DNA of 63,740 nt, counting the filler, from Psammoneis japonica (lineage: Eukaryota): assembly GCA_008632985.1 (NCBI GenBank). It is 4 parts of 4 records of this genome, joined end to end, with 100 filler letters (N's around TTAATTAATTAA, not from the genome) between each part and the next. Parts side by side here need not be neighbours in the genome. Positions count along the whole stretch, not along the records: positions 36,914 to 55,056 come from QPGO01000470.1; positions 55,157 to 63,740 come from QPGO01000540.1; 2 more parts are not named here. One strand, written 5' to 3'. This document shows, piece after piece, positions 48,807-61,247 of the stretch (positions are counted from its first letter, which is position 1; every line of letters begins with the position of its first letter). The notes under the pieces are model-generated. The model was not told the DNA's origin. It saw only the letters and a list, made by a program, of their open reading frames with translations, and did no database searches. Made by a program: the position numbers and the translations under genes.

Positions 48807-51800
48807 ATGCATTGCTGCAATGGTGCATTCCTCCGGACCAGGTGAGGCACAGACAGACAACAGAGTTTAAATTTGATTCATTCGTGAAGCTTTGAATGCT
48901 TGTTCAAATTTGGAGATTTTGCTGTGATCATGAGTCGTCTCGTGAGCTGGCCGGCCTCAGCATTCATCAGAGTTTCTCCGAATCTTGTGTCAACACACCA
49001 TGCGTTTTTGCTGTGCTTTGAGTTTTTTGTCTCCCACTGACAGAGACAATGATTGTTGCACTCATCAAGGTGGCATCTTGGTGCCTCAGTGAAATCGTCA
49101 AATGATGTGAAGCAACACTCTTCACCCGCCAACGAATCTGCTGTTGCATTTGTTGATGATTCTGCCAAAAAATGGGACCATGACATCTGCCAGAGAAACT
49201 TGGCCAGTTTCTTTCATTGTTGCCATGATGCACTGGCGTGGTGGCATGAAGTTATTTTGCGGCCCGATTCTGAGTCTGATTCAGGCGTCCCATGTCTTTC
49301 AAGTTTGCTTGGCTTGTCTGACAGCTCCTGTGAAAAGCTTTTGACAAACAATGGTTTGTTGAAGGTGAACATGGCTTTGACCAAGGAAATTGACAGAAAA
49401 GCATGGGACATGTTCAAAAGGTGTTGTTTGATGTTGACGTTGAACTTGACAGGGTCTCCTCAAGCAGAGAGACCATCAAGTGTGGGCCGAAAAATGTCCC
49501 GTGTCAGGTCAGTGCACAAATGGAAAATTCACAAAAGGCTTCGCGGCAAAGCTCCAGGCCAATGAAGCATGCAATGGGAAGCTGCAACAGAAATGACTTG
49601 GGGTTGCCAAGGTGCAAGAGGAGTTTGCTTGCACCTGTGTCATGCTGAATGAAAATGAGCCCACTTGTGAGAAACAAAAGACTGTTGATGACAAGGCAGC
49701 CTCTGGGTCCGTGGCACCTGACGAATCACCAACTGGCACATTGTGTGACATCACTCAATGACAAACAAACATTGACAACAGCATTGACAATGAGTTGGAG
49801 CCTTGTGCTGGACAAAAAATGTTGGGAAAAGACAATGTGCCATTGTTTCAGTGTCTGTGAAAGAATGGATGCAGAGCAGTTCTGTGCCCCGTGCAGCTGT
49901 CACAATCAGAGACACCACACTGATTGCCTCTTGCTTTCATTCAATTGAAGGTGCCAAGGATTTGTGTCTCTTGGTTGATTCAGACAATGGATGCAACCTG
50001 CGGCCAAAATCAAGCAGCCACTGGAAGCCCAAGTCCGTCAAATTGCAGTTGTCCGCCCCCTGCTCCGATGCACGATTGACTGTGTCTTGCATTCGGCAAC
50101 AATGCAAGAGGGCCATGTCAAAGGAAGTGTCTTCAAAAATGCATCTTAAACCTGATCACTTTGACATCATCCCCCAAAGGAGGTTGTGTGTGGCAGCATT
50201 CAGCAGCTGCAGACCAACCTCAGCAATTCTAAGAAACGGGAGTGTCGGCTGCAAGAACAAACAGTGGCAATGAAGAACTGGTTGCTCAAATGTGACGGTT
50301 GGCTCAATGGCACTCTCCCCATCCAAAGAAAAGATGCATTGATCCTGAAGACCATCGTGCATCATGCAGAGCCAATTGCAGCAAAAATGCATGGCAAAGA
50401 TTCCATTGAATGCCATGCCTTTGCTGTGCACTTGAAGTTCTTAAATGGAGAGCTCACGGATTCCAAGGGAAGCCACATCAAAACAATGTGGTGCTGCACC
50501 CAGATTAATTTCCATGCACTTTCCATGCACTTGCTGCACTCCGTGATTGTAGAAAGGATGTTTGTGGCACTTTGTCAAAGGTGTTGCACCTTCCAGATCA
50601 ACGGAACATTGAACGTTTTGCCAAGGATGAGTTTGGAAATGAACGAGAGAATGGTGTGCTGAGTGGGAATGTCAACGCTCTTGCTGTGGAGATGCAAAAG
50701 GCAGGCTGTGCCAAAGTTGCAATTGCTTTTGACAGCATGACCATGCAAAAGGGAATGATTCTTGACAACCAAGAAGATTGTAAAGATGAGCCCAGAGGTG
50801 CGACAATGCCGGAGCAGCTTTCCATTGCAAAGTTGGAGTTTGAAAAATGCATCTGGAATCTGGCTGATGGAGTCGAAGGCAGCAATTTGGGCGAAACTGT
50901 GTGTTGTCATTAAAGCTCAACTCAGAACATTCTGTGTGCTGCGCCACTCTGTTGAATCCAAAAGTTGAGGCAAAAGTCATGACAGCATGCTGCAATGCAG
51001 AGACCTTGACAGCTGCTGATGTGTGTGCCCAGTTGGATGTTGGACAAATCGAACATGGCACTGAAGCACCGCAGTTTGTCCACTGCTTTGGAGGTGTCCG
51101 ATTCAGCAGGAGCAAATGATGCAGCAGCAAATGTAAGGTGTGATGCATCTGCCAAAGAAATGCTCCCACGGGATCTTTTGGAAGCACACAGCTTGGGTGG
51201 GAACTTCCTCATCATGCACAAGGATGTGTGGTTGCAAAAGATGACATGGTGTGCACCGACAACATGCCGCACATTTTGAAATGAATGGGGAATGTGATGG
51301 ACTCACGAAAACTGGCACACGACTGACTTCAACTTCATCCAATGTCAATGCCTGTTTTGGGGGGACGTGTGCAGCAGTCTTGCCGGTGGCAGATTTGGTC
51401 TGCAGGTGCATGAGAAGTGGCCCCCACATGATTTTCAAAAGCAGAGCAACCATGACAAAATGAAAGTGAAGAGAGTGGCAAAAATGCCAAGCGGGCAGCA
51501 TGGTCAAATGCATTGACGAAGTGTGCAACTGACCTGAAATGGAATTGGCAGGATTGTTGGCAAGAACAGCAGAGGAGAGGAAGGCATTCTACAGACCCAT
51601 CCACAACCATGTGTTTGCCATGAATCATTGGTTTGACACTTGGCAACTCTTGTGACATAGAAGGCAAGCACAATTTCTTGGTTTGTGTGACTCGGGCTAA
51701 CGCAAGAAGCACCCAAGATGTGTTCTTAGAGTCGCTTGTCACATGTGAAGATTGGATGGTGCAAAACTTGACAAACAATGAGGGAGAGCTCAACAAAGAG

Positions 51801-53100
51801 AGATTCACACCCATGGCGCTGATGGCCAGCATGCAAAGGGTTTGTTGTGGCTTTGCTGCGCTCATCCAAAAGATTGTTGTGGAAGAGAACAGGGTGCTTC
51901 TCTTGCGTGACTTAAATCAAGACATTTGTGAGCACCATTTCGCTCACACATGAGCTTCTCATGGTTGGCACAACAATCTCCCATCTAATCTGGTGCGGTC
52001 TTTTCTGATTTTGCGTCTGCAGCCAAATGAGTTTGTGCAATGTCTGACCGTGCCAATGTGTCAAAAAGTGCTGGGGAGCACTTCAATTGAGTTGTCAACA
52101 CAAGTGCAGTTCTGGTTGTGCTGCACTGCATTGTTTGCTCCTGCACACGTTCATCGTTCGGACAATTTTTGACATGAAAAATTAAGCTGTCCATCCACAA
52201 TGGCAATGCTGCTCTCTCCTTGCAACAACAAATTTAGTTCTGTTTTAGCTGTTGCTGTCGCTTTCTCATGGACAAATGATTTTGACCACATCCCCCCACC
52301 CTTTGAGTCTGTGGCACCATGGCAGAACAAAGTCATCCAACCCCAGCAACAGCAATGCCACTCTCTCTTCAGTGGTGAGTCTGGGTGGAAAGCAGCACTC
52401 AAAATGACCATGCACTTGAATGCTGTTGTTGATGACTGCTTCAATCTTCGAGAGCAATCGAGCTTTGTGCTGAAGCACTTGAGCAGAGCTAAAGTTTGTC
52501 GTTTCTGGGGCACACACCAAGGTGACAAACTCACAGCATTCATTGCTGGGATGTTGCAATGCTCCTTTCACATGATCTCTTTCCTCGACAAGGTGCAAAT
52601 CGTGTGCTGCCTCGTCCTCCGCTGCTTCGCTGCTGACAGCATTGTGGCCAATTGATGAGCTTGTGCCACGCGTCCGATTCAAATTTCTGAGTTGCAGTTT
52701 TTGACAACTCACAGGCATGCACCTCCATCTTTGACAACCCCCAACCTGCAACACAAGCTGCAAAACTGGCATCCTTTTCTTCTTCTTGGATTTTCGAGAT
52801 GGCGTCCTTTGTCAGACAATCTGCCGCTGGGATTTCATTGGTTTCCCACACAGCTTCTTTTCCCCCACACCCCTTGCAGTTTTTGATGAAAGTCACAAAT
52901 CATTACATCACTGGCTAGCCCAGGTGCCATCCCAGAGAAGCATTGGACACAGTTCAAAAAGTGTCCACGTCGCTCCATCCACATGAAGTGCTGCATGCCC
53001 AGGATTTTCCTGTGTCAATCTTGGAAGAAGAAGGAGTGCTCCCTTCAAGGCACAATGCCAGAGCATTGTTGAACTCGGTGATTTCATAAATTGCACGGTC
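48807..53100 (+). mobile_element. Degenerate P-element/THAP9-like transposase region
   Basis: VAIAFDSMTMQKGMILD (cf. L.FDEM.I...L.YD) in 50572..50913; LRDLNQDICEHHFAH (cf. SQD.LE.FF) in 51633..51953; TA-depleted and fragmented. Confidence 0.6.
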
Positions 53101-53390
53101 TCTGGTGATTTTGTCATGTATTAGTAGCTCTTCAAAGGATTTGTGTTCATCACTGCCAACAAAAACATTTTGTGTCGTCCAGTGGGCGGCGCATGTGCCT
53201 CACCCACTGGATGGTCCGGAGGAAACCATTGATTACAGTGCTGCGCGATCGATGACGTCAGCTATGTTAGAACTCGCGCGCGCGCGGGCTTCGATGACGT
53301 GTGCGATGCTCAACGTCACAAAATCTGCAACAAACCAAAAAAGAGTTCGGAGGCGACAAAACGACCACATACAACAGCAACAAGACAACC

Positions 53391-54566
53391 ATGAAGTGGA
53401 CGCAAGCTGCAATTACAGGCCTTGTTTGCCTCGCTGGTTCCACCAGAGCCTTTGGACCATCTCGTGCGTTTGTATCTAGAACACCAGCTTTCTCCACGGC
53501 TGCTGCTGCTGTCGCGCCTCGATACAACACGGCCCTGAATGCCAATGTTCTCAAGCTGTCGGAACCGGCTTCTCAGATTCTCGACAATACCGATGTGTTT
53601 ATTTTTGACTGTGATGGAGTCATTTGGAGGGTAGGTATCGAGCCATATCTTATGATTTATTGTGTCCAAGTCTATTATTTCGACTTGTGCATAACTCACA
53701 CATCTTCTCTGTTCACACTTCACACTTCTCACGATACATCACAGGGCGATTCGTTGATTGACGGCATTCCCGAAACGCTTGCCAAGTTGCGTGCCATGGG
53801 TAAGAAAATGTACTTTGTCACCAACAACTCGACGAAATCCCGCAAGGGCTACAAGAAAAAGTTTGATTCGCTGGGGCTCGACATTCCCGCCGAAGAAATC
53901 TTTTCGTCGTCCTTTGCGGCCGCGGCTTATTTGGAACAAACTAAATTCAAAGACACGGGAAAGAAAGTCTATGTCATTGGTGAAGTGGGAATTTGTGAAG
54001 AATTGGATCTTATCGGAGTACCGTGGATGGGTGGACCGGACGATAAGGGCAAGGAACCCGACATGGGACCCGGCGGTATGCTGCACCAAGATGAAGACGT
54101 GGGTGCCGTCATTGTGGGCTTTGATCGCAACATTAACTATTACAAGATTCAGTACGCACAGCTTTGCATTAATGAAAACGACAATTGCGAATTCATTGCC
54201 ACCAACACGGATGCCGTGACACACTTGACGGATGCGCAAGAGTGGGCCGGCAATGGCAGCATGGTGGGTGCCATCAAGGGATGCACCGGACAAGAACCCA
54301 CCGTTGTGGGCAAGCCGAGTCCGCTCATGATTGATTACCTTTGCACCAAGTTGGGACTAGAACGGTCTCGTATCTGTATGGTTGGTGATCGTCTGGATAC
54401 CGATGTCTTGTTTGGAACCGATAATGGATTGCAGTCCTTGTTGGTCTTGTCGGGTGTCACGTCGGAAGAAAAGCTCTTGAGCCCGGAAAACAGCATTACA
54501 CCCGATTACTATGCCGATACGATTAATGACTTTTTCCTGGAGTCGCACGCCAAGGTTGAGGCTTAG
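53391..54566 (+). CDS. PGLP: Plastid-targeted phosphoglycolate phosphatase (HAD IIA); intron 53631-53744
   Basis: Signal + STRA-FGP presequence; FIFDCDGVIW, FVTNNSTKSR, VGKPSP, MVGDRLDTD, LVLSGVT. 114-bp GT..AG intron restores VIWR/GDSLI. Confidence 0.95.
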   Translation: MKWTQAAITGLVCLAGSTRAFGPSRAFVSRTPAFSTAAAAVAPRYNTALNANVLKLSEPASQILDNTDVFIFDCDGVIWRVGIEPYLMIYCVQVYYFDLCITHTSSLFTLHTSHDTSQGDSLIDGIPETLAKLRAMGKKMYFVTNNSTKSRKGYKKKFDSLGLDIPAEEIFSSSFAAAAYLEQTKFKDTGKKVYVIGEVGICEELDLIGVPWMGGPDDKGKEPDMGPGGMLHQDEDVGAVIVGFDRNINYYKIQYAQLCINENDNCEFIATNTDAVTHLTDAQEWAGNGSMVGAIKGCTGQEPTVVGKPSPLMIDYLCTKLGLERSRICMVGDRLDTDVLFGTDNGLQSLLVLSGVTSEEKLLSPENSITPDYYADTINDFFLESHAKVEA

Positions 54567-55055
54567 ACTAAGTGGGGATTGTGCGACGAGAGATTGCGAT
54601 GAAGTAGCATTGCAGTAACTTGGTATTAGTTCATTCTTGTGGTTCATGAAGAGAAACAGATCTTCCCTAAACTAGACCTAAGGTCGTCCAAGCAAATTAC
54701 CGCATTAGCATCACGAATCGATGATCCGTTCAATCAATAACATGCATCTAAAATATGTAGCGTGAACTCTATCTATCAACTAAACTAAAACGTGTAGTCT
54801 TCTCGTTTCTCTCTCCACAATCCCGAGAATCCCACAATCGTGCAATCACTGCAGCCACGATTGGCAGTCTCGCACATTTTACTCGCCATTCTTCAATCTT
54901 TATTGATTTTTCTTGGACAATTCCAAATCAATTCTTCTCCGGACATGTCCCAGATCGGCCGATACGGCCGCCCACCAAACGGCCACCACCAAGCACAGGA
55001 CCATATTGGGTGAAATCCCAAACAGCGTTCCATGTTTGGAAATTTTCATCACGGC

Positions 55056-55156
55056 CNNNNNNNNNNNNNNNNNNNNNNNNNNNNNNNNNNNNNNNNNNNN
55101 TTAATTAATTAANNNNNNNNNNNNNNNNNNNNNNNNNNNNNNNNNNNNNNNNNNNN
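55056..55156. other. Assembly gap with TTAATTAATTAA linker (55101-55112)
   Basis: N-run with linker. Confidence 0.97.
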
Positions 55157-55484
55157 GCAGCTGTGGCTGTGCGTGACAACATGTGCATGAGCCACAACCT
55201 GACCAAGGTTGCACAAAGCTGGTTTGCTTTTCTCTGCATGGCTTTTTGACTTTGCTCATCCCCTCCTCACAAAAGCAAGCCTTTGTTTGCTTGCCCTGCT
55301 GCTTCTGCTGCTGCCCACCTTGTCCCAGTGCATGCTGGAGGTCATTTCTGTCCACCTCAGATGCTGTGACTTCCACTCTTTTCATCTTTTTGTTGCTGTT
55401 GCTGCTCTGGCTGCTTGCTGCTCTGACATGCAGAGCTGCTTTCTGCTGCTGGCACTGTTCCTTTTTGTTGGTCTTGGCAAAGCA

Positions 55485-55875
55485 GACGTGTTCCAGGTCC
55501 AGGTGGGACCTCGCACTGCTGAACTGTGACATCAACAGTTTTTTGAATCACGTCGCATGTCACGCACGTAGATTTCTGCGTGATTTTTTCGACATTTTGT
55601 GTCATTTTACGGCGCACTTGTTGAGCGATCCGTCCAAAAACTTTTGACATTTTTTGTTGCAGCGCGATTCTACAATGTCTTAAGAATCTCTGCAAGGAAG
55701 GCGCACTTGCAAAAACGTCGAGTGGCAAGAGGCATGATTGCACCACAAACTTGGCTGTTTGTTTGATGTTGAAGACAAACACATCTGTTGGATGAATTCT
55801 TGCACTGCGGAGCTCGCACGTGGAATTCTGCGGGCCCAATGTCACACTGAGTCCCACCTGGGGCTGGAACGCGTT
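55485..55875. mobile_element. MITE copy 2 (391 bp), TpA-eroded; TSD AGCA/GGCA
   Basis: Colinear with 48413-48802; agca|gacgtgttccaggtccaggtgggac ... gtcccacctggggctggaacgcgtt|ggca. Confidence 0.9.
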
Positions 55876-56463
55876 GGCACCTCTCTGTGAAGCAGCATCG
55901 TGTTGGGAGCTCCCCACCAAAGCTGCAAGCCAAAGCTGCAAAGACAATTTTTAACACCAAAGAGAGGTCATGCTGGAGGACATGCTTTTCCATTCATTTG
56001 ACACAAGCAGCACACGGCAGCAGAGAGAGAGAGAGCAACATTTTCAGCTCAAGCTCGTCCGACCATGCTTTTTGGGCAAGCTTGGAGATTTTGCAACGAG
56101 CGCTGGTGCAGCTCTTGTTGTGAGGCAGCTCTCAAAACAAACTGGGTGACGTGTCAAAGTGGTGCTGAAAACACTCTTTGTGGGGTGCTGCTTGGTCATT
56201 GACAACATGCGGGGCTTTTCGCTGGCCAGCTGCGGTCAACAACGAGCTCTTGCTCTCTGGGTTGTGCTGCAGAGCATCTCAACTGCTTGCTTTTGGTGCC
56301 AAAAAAGTCTTGCCCACCACTCTCCCTTTTGGCACCTTGTCAATCCCTTCCACCTGCGCTTGTTCAAGCTGCAGCACACAGGCACAGCTCTCTGTGAGAG
56401 AGCTGGCACTGGCACACCCTCTGGCTTCTTTTTCGTTGGCGCCTCTTGCATCCACCAGCACTG

Positions 56464-59400
56464 GACGCGTTCCAGCTCTAGGTGGGACCTCGCACTACTG
56501 AACTGTGACATAATTATTTTTTATCATCCGTCGTATGTTTCGCACGTACATTTCTACGTGTTCTGTTATAAAAAATTGTTCCACACTGCCTGTTTTGCGA
56601 AGCCAAAGGCTTTCTGTTATCTACATTTATGTCAATAAAAATGCGCTGGGTATATTCTTTAATGTCTGAAGAACATACCCGGGCATACTGTAAAGAATGT
56701 ACTTCAAGTGTGGAGGAGGAGATACGTTCGCAAAATTGCCTCTTTTTCTGTTGGCTATCATTCATATATCCATTGCTTAATAATTTTAGTACGGAGCTCG
56801 CACGTAGAATTCTACGGGCCCAACTACAGGAGGAATAAACAGGCGTCAGACGCCAGTTTCCTAGCGTTTTTCTGGTAATATAGTTATGTAGGAATTGTGT
56901 ACATTTTCAACGAAGAGATGAGGTTGGATTGAAAAATGCGACAGCAGACGCACAAAAACGCGACACAACGCGACAAGCGACAATGGAGCTGCAATGGCAT
57001 GCACCCAGATGAACGAGTGCCAGTGGATGCACTGCTGCACAACACTCAAGTGCTGTGCTTTTACTCCTGTTGCTGTGTGCCACTTGCCTTGATTTGGGCT
57101 GTTCGCTGCAACCAGCGCAACAGCTCTTCTTGATTGCGGAAACAAGAGATCCGTCCGATCTGTTTGTCGCTCCGCTCTGATTGGTGCTTTTCCTTTCGCC
57201 CGTGGTGGTTGGCATTTTGCAAGGCAACACAACAATTTTAAATTCAAACTGTGCCATGTCAGGATCATTGTAAAATTCAAACAATGCACAAGACCAAAAA
57301 CAGTTCTCGCAACCGCTGCAAAATGATGCACTTTTCATTCATCAGATGCAGACTGACACATTTTTGGGAAAGCAATCATGCGTGAGACTAACAACAACGC
57401 AACAGTTGATGCCATTTCATTGTTGAATGCAGCCAAGAGCACATGTCATGCCAGCGAGCTTGTCAAGGAGGCAAAGGCTTTCGCGAAGGAGGAGTTTGCG
57501 TCAACAGCAGCTGCTCGCAAGTTGTGTTCTGTTTTGAGCGTCGTCTCGGAAGCGCTGTCCGCAGTTTCCACCAAAGTTAAATCTTGCGCCACTGTTTGCG
57601 CCCCCGTCGCAAGCAATCCATCTTGTGCCATGAAGAGGTTGAGAGCTGCCGCACCAACAGCTGCGAATGTCAAGGATGACTCCTCCCAAGCCCTCACAAA
57701 TTTGAAACAGCTGATTGCGGATTCGAAAGGGACGAGAGAAGCAACAGAATCAATGCCACGACGCTCCAGCAAGAGGAAGGCTGCAAGCATTGGCGCTGAA
57801 GACACTGACGACATCAAAGTGATTCCAGACCTCCCCCCACCCCCAACAGAAGGGAAGATGTGCCCCACCTCGACGGCGTGCCAACTGTTCAGTGAGTGCA
57901 AGCACAAGAAAAGGAAGGGAGAGCTCTTTGCACACTGGTTGCGAAGCGGGTGTGTTCCAAAAATGTCAAGGCAGAACTGGCACAAGATTGTGAAGACGCA
58001 TTCTGAAGGCAAGAATGCAAGGGAATGGGATGACAACGGCAGCAGGAAAACTGGACGAAGGCCTCTTGCGGAAGTGGCCGAGGTCATTGACTTTGTCGAC
58101 CGATTCAGACAAGGTGCTGCAATGGGAAACAAAGAGATTCAGGACATGCTTGTGAGGATGCAAGCTGACAGAGACTCAAAAGAAGGCTGCTGTGATCTCG
58201 GAATTTTGAAAGCGACCTCCAAGACGATCAACAACTGCAAAACACTGGCAGCTTGCGTCATCCCGACCACCCTGATGGAGCGAGCTGTGGTCAAGTCGGA
58301 GGTCCGCGAGGTTGCTGAAAAATCCCTTTGAAGCACAGCTGCTTTCTTGATGGTTGCCGCTGCCACCATGTTCGAAATTGGCAAGCTCCAGACTGGTCGC
58401 TCACCAGTTTCCAAGGCCACTCGAGGGGCGCAAACCTTCGAACGTCTTGCATCTCAATGCTGCGGTGGCCCACCAGTTCGCCCCTTGCACTCTTGTGACA
58501 CTCATTCCACCGACAACAGCGGCGTCTGTTTTGTTTCGGAGGTGACAGAGCAGGGGTGCAGCTGGAGAATCGACAAACAGGATGGTGAGGATGCAAGCAT
58601 TAGATCAAAGTGTGAGCAGCGCAGCAAAAGCTCTCTAATTGGACAACGAGTCCAATTCACCTAGACTGCAACAGCAGAAGGCACCATGGCATCTCCATGT
58701 GTCTCCATTCTCGGACTGAACGATCAAGAATCACCCAAGGAGACCTGCCCAAGCGGTGTGTTAGTTGTTTCGCTGAAAGGGACAGCCATTGGAGGGTCCG
58801 ACCCAAGCAACACTTCAGTTGGTCGAGTTGTGTTTGTCCGCAAGGGAGAAGGCACCGAGACAACGAACTTTAAAAATTACCGTGACACCGTCTGCCGTCC
58901 ACATGTTGAGTCAAAGCGTGATTTGTCGGAGGGAATGCCAACACCGGAAGATGAAAATGCTGCAGGGTGGCAAGATGGCGGCGGTCCTCAGCTGAAGGCT
59001 ATCACAGCTGAAGAGTCGATGGAGAAGGATGAGGAAATCAACCTCACAGCAAACAAGCACTCTGCAAGCAGAAGCGCGACTGAACAGTGCGCTGACCTCA
59101 TGAGGATTTTTGCTCTCATACACGCGGAATGCAAGAAACTCACCGCCAAAAAGCCACCCATGATCGGTCACAAGAAACATGTTCATCGTGTCTTCCATGA
59201 ATTACAGACATCCGGCCGAATCAATCTGTCCAAGGACAAGCTCAATTCCATGATGGATCTGATCATCTGTGCGTTGGAAATCCAAACCAAGTCTGTTGCT
59301 CCCACTCGTGTTCGTGATGGCTTCATTGCCGCTGGGGCAATCGACTCAGAAACGCTCGAATGGCCAGACTTCAACATGATGCTTGCAACGCTTCGGCGCA

Positions 59401-61247
59401 AGATCACAGAGCAAGAAGTTGAGTTAATCCAGAAGTCTTTTAATGTGATGATGGATGCACAATTGATGTTTGGCAAGGCACCTGAGACGCTCTTTGATGA
59501 ACTCGGGTTTCCCGAGGACGAGGCTGCTGACAGCTCAAAGTGACCGAGACGTTCCGAGTCAGACGCACACTCCCGCGCCATGTGTCTGTCAGCGGACAAA
59601 GTGCGAAAGGCAAGAGTTGAGAAGATGCTTCTAGAGGCAAGGAAGAAGCAAGTCCGTCTTGAGCAAGAGAATGCTGCCATCAGCAAGCTCCTGGCTCTCA
59701 ACAAAGAAGTTGAAGACAAGCTGCCAGCAGACCGATCGACAGCAACGCACCAGTTTCTCTTTCAAAATTTTAAAGCTCCCCAGCTGGGAGCCTTCGTCCA
59801 TGCACGTCTGTTTGTCACGGGCAAGAAACCAAGGAATGCTGAATGGAATGGCATGAAATTCAAGAATGTGAACAAAGGCACACCGGCAATGGCGGAGATG
59901 GGAGAGGACAATCTGTTGACACGTGCCAAGTTGCTGCTCAATGATCCTGTTACATTGAGGGAAAAGGAACCAGAGAGCACAGAAGATGAACAGAGCAACA
60001 TCAACTCCACTCCATCTGTCGTTGATGCTGCTCACACAAATGAATCAGGAGCCCTGGATGCACCACCAAAAGGTGACGACCTTTTAGGCGATGATCGCTG
60101 GATGTCCTCGGTCAAAGAAGAGATCCAGGGTGCGACGTTTCCATCAGGAACAATCGACCCCGCTCTCCCTGGTCATGTTGACAGCCTTGTGTCACATCTG
60201 TGCCTTCGCCTTGACCGTCACCTAAAGACAAGATTCCCAGACCCTGCGCATTGGCATCACTGGTCGTTCCGTTGGGCAAGGCGGAACTCCAGCAGAGTGG
60301 CGGCGATGGCTGCACTCGGAGGGCACGTGAAGAACGATTTGGCCTCAAAGCAACTCTCTGATTCTCTTTTGAATGTGAACATTTCTCGTTTTATGGAAAT
60401 TGACGAGACTTCTTGCATTGCAGGCTCTTGTCTGTTTTATGATGAAGAGAACGGGCGGTTCGTGAGATCGGGCAAGGCAACCTGTCAAACAATGTGGGAG
60501 CGGCATTTGGAACACAGAGCCAAATCCATGAAGGAAGAAAAGGGCTTGCATGAAGCTCACCCTGACAAAGGCAACAAATGTGTCAAACACAAAATTCGAA
60601 AAGGCTTTTTCGAGCAGCTGAAACTTGTGGCGGCCTTGGGTTTCCTCGACTTGAACACGTCTGCGCTTGAAGACACGTCTGGTGATGGCATTTTTGACTG
60701 GGACGACAGCACTCTTGACAACATGAAATCATGGAAAGCCACAGGGACAATGAAGGAAAAAAAGCTTTCAATGGTTGGGTTCTCATTTGAACTTGCACAT
60801 GACTTGATGATCGCGCCGTCGGACAACGTTTCGGAAAACCCTGGATTCGAGCCATGCCACGGTTACATTGGGCAAGATTGAAGGGCGGGGAGAGCAACTC
60901 AAGTAAAAAGCAAAGAATGCTGTAGTTGTTTCATTTAAAATGGCACCCATCATGGCTGTGGCATGGGTCCATCACTTGTGTTGGGCGTGTTGACAGAGTG
61001 CAAGCGCATTTTACATTGTGCGAGTTGGGTGCATTCTCTCTGCGACGCTGCTGTTTTTGTGCGTGTGTTGGTTGGAGCTCATCAGCTCTGGTGCAAAATG
61101 TGCGTAGCTGGCTACAGGGGAATGAGTGTCTTCTGTCGCATTTTCTCCAGATCGAGCGCTTCATCTGACAACTGTTTTTTCCTGACGCGCATTTTTTCCG
61201 CGCGCAGCCAATGACACAAAAAGTCCCACCCAGGGCTGGAACCCGTC
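56464..61247 (+). mobile_element. Full-length 4.78-kb TIR DNA transposon, parent family of the MITEs; 4-bp TSD ACTG
   Basis: actg|gacgcgttccagctctaggtgggac ... gtcccacccagggctggaacccgtc|actg. The left ~360 bp is homologous to the MITE. Confidence 0.9.
57378..60881 (+). pseudogene. ~1167-codon transposase-like frame with three in-frame stops (pogo/DDE_1-like core, GIY-YIG-like C-terminus)
   Basis: ORFs 57378..58331, 58347..58664, 58686..59543 and 59580..60881 are in one frame. Motifs GRRPL, STDNS, WQDGGGPQ, SRSATEQCADLMRIF. Confidence 0.7.

Noticed and set aside
53631..53744. 38-aa insertion in phosphoglycolate phosphatase
   Set aside because: It is a 114-bp GT-AG intron that happens to be in frame and stop-free.
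30310..54566. Cluster of plastid-targeted metabolic genes (OXP1, FNR, PGLP)
   Set aside because: An artificial gap separates PGLP from the others and the genes share no pathway.
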